Virus record (IMG/VR): IMGVR_UViG_3300049855_000348
Location: 124,001 to 188,000 of that record
DNA length: 64,000 nucleotides
Reading direction: 5' to 3' (one strand)
Shown here: positions 45,372 through 53,905 of the stretch, piece by piece
Position numbering within the stretch: position 1 is the first letter of the stretch
How the letters are laid out: each line of letters starts with the position of its first letter
Made by a program: the position numbers and the translations under genes
Notes under the pieces: model-generated
Told to the model about the DNA's origin: nothing
Databases searched by the model: none
The model's input: only the letters and a program-made list of their open reading frames with translations

Positions 45372-45670
45372 ATGGACAGCGGCTTGCCCGCCAGCACGTC
45401 ATTTAGGGTCCAACGAGACCTCATCACTTTTTATCACACGTTCTCGTCTGATGGGGATTACCCGTGTGGTACCTGGGAATCTAGTCCCTTGGCGGTTAGA
45501 GCCACCGGCTCGATCTACGTCTGATGTGAGGATTGAATTACCCCAGCATTTCAACTACTCGGATCAGGAGTCACCGTCCCGGCTTCGCGTAGCCTCGAAA
45601 TGCCGAGGTTTCCGGCTTGGCTACCATATCGGTGAAGTTTGGTGGGCTACCGACGCTCCCACCAGGAATC
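45372..45670 (-). ncRNA. About 300-nt non-coding, hairpin-dense segment; candidate structured RNA or cis element
   Basis: No credible ORF; at least six short stems and a duplicated GGGTAAT...CATCAGACG unit. No known RNA family recognised. Confidence 0.35.
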
Positions 45671-45676
45671 CATGAT

Positions 45677-46237
45677 TCAGATTGGGAGAATCACCATGTA
45701 GGCGAACAGCATCTGCTCATCGGGCGCACGCACGTGGCTACCTGGGCTGAAGACGAAGAGGGTTGTGTTGGGGCGATGGTTGTCGAGCAACCACTTCTCC
45801 AGATCCACCATGGTGGCGAACTTGGTCAGCACGGTCTCTGCCGCACTGCCCTTCCATGGGAAACGGGTGTCCGGTGCCTGACGGATATCCATCTTCAGCT
45901 TGGCAGCTTCGGCAGCAGCCTTCACCCCTTCGATGGTGATGAACTTGCCATCCGAGGTTTGACTGACGCTGACTTCACCTTGGATGAGCTTGCGGGTCTT
46001 GCCGTCAGGGAAGATCACGACGTTCACCCAGCGTTCGACGCCGTTCTCAGACACCTTGGTCTTGATGACGGCGAAGCACCAACGACCGGCGAGCGACTTG
46101 TCGGTGGCGACGATGCGCTTGGCAGCTTCCTGAGGGGAGGCATGACCGGTTTCATCGATCATCTGTCCCATGAAGTCGTACCACGTCTGGCCGACGTAGG
46201 TGGGAATTTGCTTGGTGGTGACGCTGGCAGTAATCAT
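45677..46237 (-). CDS. Hypothetical protein (186 aa)
   Basis: 1-nt gap to the upstream gene; typical codon usage. Confidence 0.75.
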   Translation of the reverse strand: MITASVTTKQIPTYVGQTWYDFMGQMIDETGHASPQEAAKRIVATDKSLAGRWCFAVIKTKVSENGVERWVNVVIFPDGKTRKLIQGEVSVSQTSDGKFITIEGVKAAAEAAKLKMDIRQAPDTRFPWKGSAAETVLTKFATMVDLEKWLLDNHRPNTTLFVFSPGSHVRAPDEQMLFAYMVILPI

Positions 46238-46238
46238 A

Positions 46239-46670
46239 TCAGTCTCTGGTTTCTTTGAGGGTGACGAGGTCGGTAACGGGTGGGAAGAAGTGGATCAGCA
46301 GACGGACGAAGTAGCTGGTGTAGCTGTTCGACAGTTTGAAACCGCTGTTGCGGTCTCGCGTATCGATGATGTGTTTCCACCGTGCCACTTCAACGAGCAT
46401 CTTCATGCCGAAGGATTCTTTGCGCTCCAGCATGACCTTGGTCATCTGAACGAAAAGCGTCCAGACCTGCGGATTATCACGCAAGAACTGACGAGCCTTC
46501 TCGTCGAGATCGTTGCTGGGGGGAAAGGCCAGATCCAGTTTGGCATCGAGCAATGGAATCCCAGGCGGTGGCACGTAAGGAGGCGGCTCTGGTTTGGTGT
46601 CGAGACGTGGACCGGCACCAGCCTTGCCCAGTCTGTCGAGATCTAATTCAAAAGGATCGTCGTTATGCAC
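46239..46670 (-). CDS. Conserved phage hypothetical protein (143 aa; F..F...NP.VW..F...E..RW...FKL.N.Y...F.RL family)
   Basis: Pattern recognised from a widespread uncharacterised phage family. Confidence 0.7.
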   Translation of the reverse strand: MHNDDPFELDLDRLGKAGAGPRLDTKPEPPPYVPPPGIPLLDAKLDLAFPPSNDLDEKARQFLRDNPQVWTLFVQMTKVMLERKESFGMKMLVEVARWKHIIDTRDRNSGFKLSNSYTSYFVRLLIHFFPPVTDLVTLKETRD

Positions 46671-46944
46671 GCTTCACCTTCTTGGTGAAGATCAGTCCAG
46701 CGGCACCTTCGTTCTCAACCCACAAGACCACACGATCATCAAAATAACGACCAAGAGTGGGATGACTCCTGGCCGATTCGATGATCTCTTTACCCTTGTC
46801 GTTGAGGAATGATTTCTTTCCTTCGATATCAAGATCGAAGAAGTCGACCTTGTAGTGATCGGCGACAGCCTCAATTGCATTCAGGCCAATGCGATTCAAA
46901 CGCTGGTCGATCCGAATGTTGTCTTCGTCAGGTCTTGGAGACAT
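46663..46944 (-). CDS. Hypothetical protein (93 aa)
   Basis: Overlaps both neighbours in operon fashion. Confidence 0.7.
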   Translation of the reverse strand: MSPRPDEDNIRIDQRLNRIGLNAIEAVADHYKVDFFDLDIEGKKSFLNDKGKEIIESARSHPTLGRYFDDRVVLWVENEGAAGLIFTKKVKRA

Positions 46945-47215
46945 TCCCTACCCCTCTGGATTTCAGGTAGTCGGCAAACAATTGGCGCTCGTGCAGAGCA
47001 CAGAAAGCAGATTCTTCAATCCACTGTTCCTGAGTGCCGTACTCCAAGCTCGGATGGTGCTGCTTCATGTAATCCATGACGAGAGTACACCCGATGCAGT
47101 GTTTGTGATCGACGGTAAGCGCAAACTCCTGGCAGACTTCATTGCGATGAGCAATCATTCCATCCAGGAGAATGGCCAGCGGATCAGACGGGGAGTTTGA
47201 TTGGGGTCCGTCCAT
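46928..47215 (-). CDS. Hypothetical Cys-containing protein (up to 95 aa; CIGC ... CALH)
   Basis: Protein-like only from MDGPQ or MIAHR onward; possible metal binding. Confidence 0.55.
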   Translation of the reverse strand: MDGPQSNSPSDPLAILLDGMIAHRNEVCQEFALTVDHKHCIGCTLVMDYMKQHHPSLEYGTQEQWIEESAFCALHERQLFADYLKSRGVGNVSKT

Positions 47216-47579
47216 CCTGTTCCTTGCCGACCGATTTCTCGGAACGCCAGACCGCTTCGAGGCGACGCAGGAAGTCCACGTCACTGGCCTTGGGTGTCTT
47301 GGCGCTCTCGACGTGGTGGAAGCGAGCAGCGCCCTGTGCCTTGCGGATCTCCTTGGTACCGATGTGTAGGTGGACCACATCAGCCTTGGAGTGCTTGCGG
47401 ATCTGAGGGATTGCTCCAGCAGTGCCGTCGATCGCCAGAACGGCGACCGGCAGATCCGGAATGACACCGCTCACTTCCTCAGGCGTCTTGTAGAGGAAGG
47501 CTACGCGGTTGGCGAGCCAGCGTCCTGCTAGCTCGACATGCTTGTCCGTATCGCCGGTGATGAGGAAGATGGTTTTCAT
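47184..47579 (-). CDS. Hypothetical protein (131 aa, MKTIFLITG...), possible degenerate P-loop kinase fold
   Basis: ATGA overlap with the RNase H stop; N-terminal IFLITG strand without an intact GKT. Confidence 0.65.
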   Translation of the reverse strand: MKTIFLITGDTDKHVELAGRWLANRVAFLYKTPEEVSGVIPDLPVAVLAIDGTAGAIPQIRKHSKADVVHLHIGTKEIRKAQGAARFHHVESAKTPKASDVDFLRRLEAVWRSEKSVGKEQDGRTPIKLPV

Positions 47580-48559
47580 GATGTCCACTGATTCCTGTAC
47601 GTGGTGCAGAGAAACTGGGCTGTTTGATTGGCTTGTTCGGTGGCGAACTGATGACGTTGTTCCAGCCAGAGGCTGAAACGGGTGAAGTTGGTGGCGATCT
47701 GTCGAATGCTCTTCTGCTCAAGCTCAGAGACGATGACTTTCACCTTCTGGTGAATCCTTGAGTTGAAGAGATCCATCATGGAGAGATTCAGAGCTACGAC
47801 AGCACGAGCATCCTGTGCCACAGGAACTGGTGTCGGGTTGTTCTTGCTCTTACGCGGAGTGACCATGCCAGTCTCTTCGGCCAGCAGCGTCGGTACACGC
47901 TTTTCGATGATCGCCTTGGTGGCCGTGACTTCACCGACACCGATGAGTCCTGGGAGGTTGTCCGAGGCATCGCCCTGAAGGGCTTTGCAAAGCAAGGATT
48001 CCTGAGGGGTCAAGCCGGTCGACTCGACAGTACCATCACCCTTGTAGCGCCAGATCTTCCCATCTTCGCCAAGCTGATAACGCAGTGAATGAACTGGGTC
48101 GATCATGTAGGTGGTGGCATTGATCAATTGCAGGTAGTCGTTATCCGCAGTGATCAAGATGCCGGGCTTACCAACGTTGAGAGCCACCGCAGCAGCGGCC
48201 ATATCATCAGCTTCGATCCATGGGTACTGGAAGTTGGGGCAACCCATCAAGGAGATGAGTTCTGGCAGTACCTCTTCGATGCAGGTCGTGGCCATGACAT
48301 GCGCTGCTTCACGCACTGGATCCTTGGCCAGTTTCTCGGCACGATGTGCCTTGTAGCTGGGATGGACCTGCTTCCGCCAGCTTCCGCCCTTTGGATCCAG
48401 ACACCAGTAGACACGGGTGGCTTGGTATGAGCGGATGAATTGAGCAACCTTGGCGATGATCTCCAAAGCCACGGCTGGAGGACCGTGACGAAGAGACTCG
48501 GGCGGCAGCGAGTTCGCTGTCGCATTGGCAAGGTAGGATGCATCGACGTAGAGGTACAT
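47576..48559 (-). CDS. rnh: 5'-3' exonuclease / RNase H (T4 rnh, FEN/PIN family)
   Basis: YVDASYL, SWRK...YKAHR, IEADD, TADNDYLQL and ALQGDASDNLPGLIGVGEVTA; TGATG overlap fixes the start at 48559. Confidence 0.92.
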   Translation of the reverse strand: MYLYVDASYLANATANSLPPESLRHGPPAVALEIIAKVAQFIRSYQATRVYWCLDPKGGSWRKQVHPSYKAHRAEKLAKDPVREAAHVMATTCIEEVLPELISLMGCPNFQYPWIEADDMAAAAVALNVGKPGILITADNDYLQLINATTYMIDPVHSLRYQLGEDGKIWRYKGDGTVESTGLTPQESLLCKALQGDASDNLPGLIGVGEVTATKAIIEKRVPTLLAEETGMVTPRKSKNNPTPVPVAQDARAVVALNLSMMDLFNSRIHQKVKVIVSELEQKSIRQIATNFTRFSLWLEQRHQFATEQANQTAQFLCTTYRNQWTS

Positions 48560-49089
48560 CACTCGGCCTTGTGGATCATCACGTCGCACGGGTCTTTGTC
48601 CCATGCATCGAAGGTGTCAGCCAGGGTGGTGAGATAGGAAAGATCGGCTGACGATCCAACCACTCGATTGTTGCCGACGACGATCTTCACATCACGCACG
48701 TTGGCGAGGTTGATGAAGGTCATCTCTTCCTTGTCGCTGCTCAGCAGGGCTTTCTTGAGCAACGTGGCGAAGTTGTCGTCTTCGCCTTCACTGGTTGGGT
48801 TGATGCGGAAGAAGTGAGTGTCGATCGGATAGATGGAAGCCTTCAGATCCCCCAGGAAACGAACCGTCAGGCTGCCCTGATTCTTGAGCGCCTGATTGAT
48901 CTGTTCCCGTAGAGAGACCGTGAAACTGCCGAGCACCGACGGGACCATGATCCCATCGTCATTGAACGGCAGTTCGAGCGGATCAACCTCAGCCGCCTTG
49001 GCGACCAACTTGAGCGCAGCGATGGTGCGCTGGACTGAGAAGTCCGGTCCAGTCTTATCCACCCTTCCGAAACGGATCACTTGGTTCAT
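48559..49089 (-). CDS. Hypothetical protein (176 aa)
   Basis: 1-nt overlaps on both sides. Confidence 0.75.
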   Translation of the reverse strand: MNQVIRFGRVDKTGPDFSVQRTIAALKLVAKAAEVDPLELPFNDDGIMVPSVLGSFTVSLREQINQALKNQGSLTVRFLGDLKASIYPIDTHFFRINPTSEGEDDNFATLLKKALLSSDKEEMTFINLANVRDVKIVVGNNRVVGSSADLSYLTTLADTFDAWDKDPCDVMIHKAE

Positions 49090-49571
49090 CAGAGTGCCTG
49101 CGGACCTTTGCCTTCAGGCGTCGGCGGAGGCAGTTGACCACCAACCTGTTTCTCGGCGTGGTGTTCAGCCGAGGTGGCGAGCTTGTTGCCGGCACCGGCA
49201 TTCGGAGCCTTCGCCAGGATCTCCTTGATCTCATCACCACCGAGGATGCGTGGCTTGCCACCCTTCAGCGAGATCCACGGACCCTGCTGATCTTCCGGTA
49301 GACCGGCCTGGACGATCTGGAGGTTGAGGCAGGAGGCGATGGCACGGACGTTCTTGGGCTGCGTACGATGCAGGAACTTGAAGAAGTCCTCACCGCCGAC
49401 GGTCCATTTCTTCCGGCGATCGAATTCATCGGTCTCATAGACCCAGAAGTCGCCGATCAGACTGCCGTCATCACGGATGGTCAACTTGACCTCGCACAGC
49501 GGCTTCGGCTTCTTCGGTTTCTCGTCGCCGATATTCTGGGTGTTGCCACCGGTGTTGTTGGGCTTGGCCAT
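49089..49571 (-). CDS. Hypothetical protein (160 aa)
   Basis: SD GAGGAA; typical codon usage. Confidence 0.75.
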   Translation of the reverse strand: MAKPNNTGGNTQNIGDEKPKKPKPLCEVKLTIRDDGSLIGDFWVYETDEFDRRKKWTVGGEDFFKFLHRTQPKNVRAIASCLNLQIVQAGLPEDQQGPWISLKGGKPRILGGDEIKEILAKAPNAGAGNKLATSAEHHAEKQVGGQLPPPTPEGKGPQAL

Positions 49572-49650
49572 GACTGGGTTCCTCAGCTAGGTAGACGATG
49601 TGGTTCTGCCCCGGAAGTCGGGAGCAAGGTTGGTTGGCAGGTGATTGCTT

Positions 49651-49678
49651 ACGATGGCGTCAATAGTGTCGCTGTCAA
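49651..49678 (-). promoter_or_regulatory. Candidate promoter TTGACA-GCGAC-N6-GACGC-CATCGT
   Basis: Perfect -35 and the palindrome in the same register as the other copies; weak -10. Confidence 0.6.
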
Positions 49679-49683
49679 TACGG

Positions 49684-51261
49684 CTACTTGGGAGTCGCTA
49701 TAGGTGGCGGTTGGAGCCCCATACCCCAGGCAGCATTTTCAGCCTGCTGACCTTGAGTGAGTTGCACGACCGCATTTTTGGCTTTGACCGAGTGAGTGCC
49801 GAACGACGAGGCACCCAACAGCGACTCCATACCAGCCTCTGGACTGTCTGGGGTGAATGGAGGTTGGATCGCCAGGGTTCCACTGCTGGCAGCTTTGGCG
49901 ATGGCAGCCGTGGTCGCCTTGGCTACCGCAGCGTTGTAGTTCATCGTTGAGGCCGAGTCCTCGGAGATACGCAGCGTCTTGTAGTCGACATCGGTCATGA
50001 TGGTGTAGCAGTCGTCGAAGTCGCGGACCTTCGAGGCATACAGGCGCATCTTGCCCATCTGCTTCTCAGCTTCGGTCTGATTCAGCGTCAGCACACAGTC
50101 CAACACATGCATGACAGCGTAGGAGTCGGCGATGTCTTCCTTGCCGATCTTCTCCTTGCTGGCTGCATTACGATTCGACTGGAGTGCGGTGACGATCGGG
50201 ATGTCCATCTCCATGGCGATGGCACGGACCTCTTCAGCGATCTGCTTGAGCTTGGCGTAGTCACGCTTCATGTCGACGTTGTCGGGATCGTTCGGCAACA
50301 TGATGGTCAGGTAGTCGAGAATGATCACGTCCGGCTTCGGGCCACCGAGCAGCAGGTAGTCATTGAGCGATCCACGAACGGTGTTCGCTGAGGCTGTGCC
50401 AGTTGGATGCTGGATGACGTAGAGTTTCCCCATCGTCCCTTTGTCTTTGATCTTCTTCAGCGCATCGTCGAGGATCTGAGGGTTGTTGCGACGCTCGTCG
50501 GAGGAAACACCACCGATGCAGACATCGTAGCGAGCCTTGGTTTTCTCAGCAGAAAGCTCGAAGGTGAAGTGGTAGACGTTCAAACCATTGAGAACACAGC
50601 AGGCACCGACATTCACGAGGTTGATCGACTTACCAGAGCCTGTCGGACCCATGAAGGCTGACAGGGCAGCTACCTGGAAGCCACCACCATGCTTGGCATT
50701 GAAGGTTGCCCACGGTGTCTTCACACCGGCCTTGAGCGTCTTCTCCTTGGTAACACGGGCGACAACTGACTCAGCCTCAGTGCTGAGGTAGGCATCAACC
50801 GGTTGTGCCAACGTGTGGCGAACGGTGATCTCTTCGAGGAGCTTCGGAATCGACTTGTGATTCTTCTGAGAGATGAGCTTGGCAGCCTCGATGATGAAGC
50901 GATCGTAGTCGACCGCCTTCATGTGATCCATCAGACAGTCTTTGGTGTATTTCTCTTCGGTCTGGTAGTTCTTGGTGAAAATTTCATCGATATATCGGAC
51001 GAAATTTTCCAACGCATCGTAGACGCTGAGATGTTTCAGCAGTTCTTGTTTGATGATCGAGATCGTCGGGAGTTCTTTGTACTTCGTCGTATGCTCATCG
51101 ACGATCTTGAAGATCACCTGGATGTGTGGTTCATTCCAGTGATCGACCTTCAGCCGATTCTTCCACTTGACCAGGAAGCTCTGGTCTTTGGTAACGATGA
51201 CAATCGCCTGCTGCTCGATTTCCGGAAGGAATTCAAGTTTGCGAGTCGGAATGTCGGTCAT
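49684..51261 (-). CDS. gp41: Replicative DNA helicase, T4 gp41/DnaB-like
   Basis: MGPTGSGKS, HFTFEL, IILDYL, TALQSNR, IADSY and KVRD motifs. Confidence 0.92.
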   Translation of the reverse strand: MTDIPTRKLEFLPEIEQQAIVIVTKDQSFLVKWKNRLKVDHWNEPHIQVIFKIVDEHTTKYKELPTISIIKQELLKHLSVYDALENFVRYIDEIFTKNYQTEEKYTKDCLMDHMKAVDYDRFIIEAAKLISQKNHKSIPKLLEEITVRHTLAQPVDAYLSTEAESVVARVTKEKTLKAGVKTPWATFNAKHGGGFQVAALSAFMGPTGSGKSINLVNVGACCVLNGLNVYHFTFELSAEKTKARYDVCIGGVSSDERRNNPQILDDALKKIKDKGTMGKLYVIQHPTGTASANTVRGSLNDYLLLGGPKPDVIILDYLTIMLPNDPDNVDMKRDYAKLKQIAEEVRAIAMEMDIPIVTALQSNRNAASKEKIGKEDIADSYAVMHVLDCVLTLNQTEAEKQMGKMRLYASKVRDFDDCYTIMTDVDYKTLRISEDSASTMNYNAAVAKATTAAIAKAASSGTLAIQPPFTPDSPEAGMESLLGASSFGTHSVKAKNAVVQLTQGQQAENAAWGMGLQPPPIATPK

Positions 51262-51266
51262 GTGAT

Positions 51267-51635
51267 CTACCGTTCGATATGAATGAGGCGAAGTTGCCGC
51301 TGAAACGCCCGTCTCAATGACTTCTTCAGCGTGGGGATCCGATCTTGCGGGATGCCCAGGAATTCTGCAACACGTTCTTCGGTCCAGCGTTCTCCCGCCT
51401 GTTGCAAGGCGAAATCCATCGGAACGTTGTAGATGAAGTCAAACAACTTGCGCTGTTCTTCAGTCTTCAACCAGTCACGGACTTTGCCCATGAAGGCTGA
51501 GTCCTTGAGTAACTGCGTCTCGAACGATCCTTCAACTGAAGCATCCGAGGATGACTTCGGCAACGCGCTGAAGTCGATCTTTGGCGGTGACGACAACCGT
51601 ACGGTAAGAGTGGGTGTAGTGGTTCGCTGCGGCAT
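51267..51635 (-). CDS. Small protein with a C-terminal sigma-region-4-like HTH (start uncertain; possibly 51491)
   Basis: WTEERVAEFLGIPQDRIPTLKKSLRRAF resembles region-4 HTHs; the tracked start overlaps the upstream gene by 104 nt. Confidence 0.6.
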   Translation of the reverse strand: MPQRTTTPTLTVRLSSPPKIDFSALPKSSSDASVEGSFETQLLKDSAFMGKVRDWLKTEEQRKLFDFIYNVPMDFALQQAGERWTEERVAEFLGIPQDRIPTLKKSLRRAFQRQLRLIHIER

Positions 51636-52305
51636 ATGCCTCTTCCCATTCGGCCTGGGGTGTTACACCACGATGAGATTTTTCGGCAGTCTTACCGAGC
51701 GGCATCTCATGTGCGCAGGCTTCGACCGGAACGTAGAGATGACTGAGCGAAATGTTGAGCGCCCAGCCGGCAGCCTGCCCGACCAGATCACCCATCAGCA
51801 TGTTGTATTCTTCATCCATCGCTTCGGTCACCGAGGCGAACTGCTCAGGGGACAGTTCGAGCTTCGAGTAGGCAGCGATGTCTCCGAACCAGCGATCGAC
51901 GAAGATCACACCACCGCCATTGGCCTTGGCGGCAGCAACCTGGGCGATGAGTTTGCGAGCCAGGATGCCGGGCAATTCCCGCTGCATCTGCTCACGGAAT
52001 CCCATGAGGTTGATGTCGTTGTAGGTCTCAGGGTAGGGCTTACCCTGTTCCTTGAGTGATGCCTGAGTCTGCTGGAACCATGCGGTGGAGCAGGAGGGCA
52101 CCGAGAACTGGGTCAGGGATTTGTAGTCGTAGGAGGACAGATCGAACGAGCCGTCGATGGGGAGATCCGGGGTCTTCCCCTCCATCAGATCGGCCAGAGC
52201 ACTCTTCAGATCCGTGATCAACGTACTCTTTCCGACGCCATGTGCGCCGGAAAGAGTCAGGATGGTGATGATGCCACGTGGAAACAGGTTGTGAGAACGC
52301 GGCAT
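51532..52305 (-). CDS. P-loop nucleotide kinase-like ATPase (AAA_28/NadR/dNMP kinase type)
   Basis: SGAHGVGKSTL and FVDRWFGDIAAY; TAATG overlap with the upstream gene. Confidence 0.75.
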   Translation of the reverse strand: MPRSHNLFPRGIITILTLSGAHGVGKSTLITDLKSALADLMEGKTPDLPIDGSFDLSSYDYKSLTQFSVPSCSTAWFQQTQASLKEQGKPYPETYNDINLMGFREQMQRELPGILARKLIAQVAAAKANGGGVIFVDRWFGDIAAYSKLELSPEQFASVTEAMDEEYNMLMGDLVGQAAGWALNISLSHLYVPVEACAHEMPLGKTAEKSHRGVTPQAEWEEAYAAANHYTHSYRTVVVTAKDRLQRVAEVILGCFS

Positions 52306-52694
52306 TACTTGCCGGCCTTGATGTCGGCGAGGCTCAGATCATCCGAACGACGACGGCGCTTCGGCAGGTGAGCGTCCGAGACGAAGCCCTCAGGCAGGAT
52401 CGGGAACACGCACTTGTCGTAGTATTCCAGACCCTTCTCCGTCAGGATGAAGTCGCAGCGCGAGGTCTCGCCCTTCAGATTGATCTGAACACCTTGGAGA
52501 TCAGCAGGCGCATCTTCGATCAGGCCAGCACTCTTGGCCGGGTAGACCACATTGCGCTTCTCGTTGCGGCTGAGAACTCGGTAGTCATTCTTGACGACCC
52601 AGAATACCGCAGCCAGAGAGCAGCCGGGACGCGGCTTTTCAGGGAATGCGTTGTAATACGTGGTCTTCGGGTGCATTGGCTTCGGTGAGCCCAT
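52305..52694 (-). CDS. Hypothetical protein (129 aa, MGSPKPM...)
   Basis: GAAAGG SD; downstream of a palindrome-containing promoter. Confidence 0.7.
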   Translation of the reverse strand: MGSPKPMHPKTTYYNAFPEKPRPGCSLAAVFWVVKNDYRVLSRNEKRNVVYPAKSAGLIEDAPADLQGVQINLKGETSRCDFILTEKGLEYYDKCVFPILPEGFVSDAHLPKRRRRSDDLSLADIKAGK

Positions 52695-52722
52695 AGTATC
52701 GCCTTTCGGTGCGGTCGCTCTG

Positions 52723-52750
52723 TGTATAGCGACAAAAAGATCGCGCACAA
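52723..52750 (-). promoter_or_regulatory. Candidate promoter TTGTGC-GCGAT-N6-GTCGC-TATACA
   Basis: Same 6+16+6 architecture as at 37571, 37957 and 45344. Confidence 0.7.
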
Positions 52751-52763
52751 TAAAAATCAGGCG

Positions 52764-53090
52764 TCACGACTTGGCGTGCAGGATTCCCATAGCAGCGGAG
52801 AGCACTACCGCCAAGTGACCATCATCAATGGACTCGGGTTTCCGAATGCCGGGCATCCGGTAAAAATTCATTCTCGGCGGGAACTCTTCCTCCATCTGCT
52901 CAGCCAGAGCATGACCGATCCGGTCGTTCTGTTGTGCAGTCTTCACCAAGACCTCGACTTGCTGAATCGTGACGACGGCTTCACGACTGACGTTGATGCG
53001 GGTGACCTTCCGAGGTGTGAGCGTGCGCTCCCCGCCAGCGAGAGGGTTCTTCACTGGTCCCTGGTAGTTCGAGAAATCCAGGTCCACCAT
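52764..53090 (-). CDS. Hypothetical protein (about 108 aa, MVDLDFSNY...)
   Basis: Last ORF before the non-coding gap; start uncertain (53090 or 53129). Confidence 0.55.
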   Translation of the reverse strand: MVDLDFSNYQGPVKNPLAGGERTLTPRKVTRINVSREAVVTIQQVEVLVKTAQQNDRIGHALAEQMEEEFPPRMNFYRMPGIRKPESIDDGHLAVVLSAAMGILHAKS

Positions 53091-53129
53091 GGCTGGCAGA
53101 CTACTGGCTTGTAGCACCCACACAAGCAA

Positions 53130-53890
53130 TAGCAGTCAAAGGATCGCTAGGATTGACCCATCAAAATTGCCTTACTCAAAACTGCAAGGGTCAAAAAAAA
53201 CCCGGCGGAGTAAAATTTATAAAATTTATAAAAGTCATAAATTACTTGACAAAATATAATCTATCTGAGAATTGCCTTTGTCATGTCTTGCATTGCCAGG
53301 GTCCTGCCCTTGGATCAAGGTGGTAACAACTTAGCGCGAAGCGCGATAACTTACACTGACTGAGCTAAGCTAGGCTGTCCTTACAAGGAGAGTAAGAACA
53401 GCAAGACTTACAAGACTTGCAAGTCTTTCGCATTTTTGAAAGACGTGGTAGGGACTGCATAGACATCACTGGGGTATGAGAAGTCGCTACGCGAACTGGC
53501 ATGAACCTATGTTCTTGAGGATGACCACACCTTCATGAGCAAGTCTTCGCGCTTCGCGCTGAGGGTGTCTTGCCCTTGAGCTAAGGGTATGAAAGCATCA
53601 CTGGGATAGCTGGGGTCATGCAAGGCTTGTAAGCCGAGCAAGGCTTTCAAACCACACAGCCTAGCAAGCCACCGGCTTTCCGTTTTCTGGCCATCTGACG
53701 GGCTGTAGGTCGCCCAATGACCATCCAGGGTCAACCTGTCTCAAATCGCCCAGGAACGGCTCGATTGAGTACCCCTGATGAGATACGGATTGGTGTGACA
53801 CGGGTCAATAGAGACACTACCACATCCAGTATCGTGTTGTATTGACAGTTTTTGGGTGATGCCACACTTCGGCCTTCCGGTCTAAGTCAA
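53130..53890. other. Candidate replication origin / control region
   Basis: About 760 nt without a credible ORF at the strand switch. It holds an AT-rich tract with TAAAATTTA tandem repeats, six CAAG-D-CTT octamers and two oppositely oriented GCGC-GAA-GCGC hairpins. Confidence 0.6.
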
Positions 53891-53905
53891 CACCCAGAGG
53901 AAGTC

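Noticed and set aside
45440-45600. CTGATG motifs as a hammerhead ribozyme core
   Set aside because: Neither copy reads CTGATGA with a correctly placed GAAA and stems.
53380-53660. Repeats in the non-coding gap as a CRISPR mini-array
   Set aside because: The repeats are only 8-10 nt, irregularly spaced, with no constant repeat-spacer period and no cas genes.
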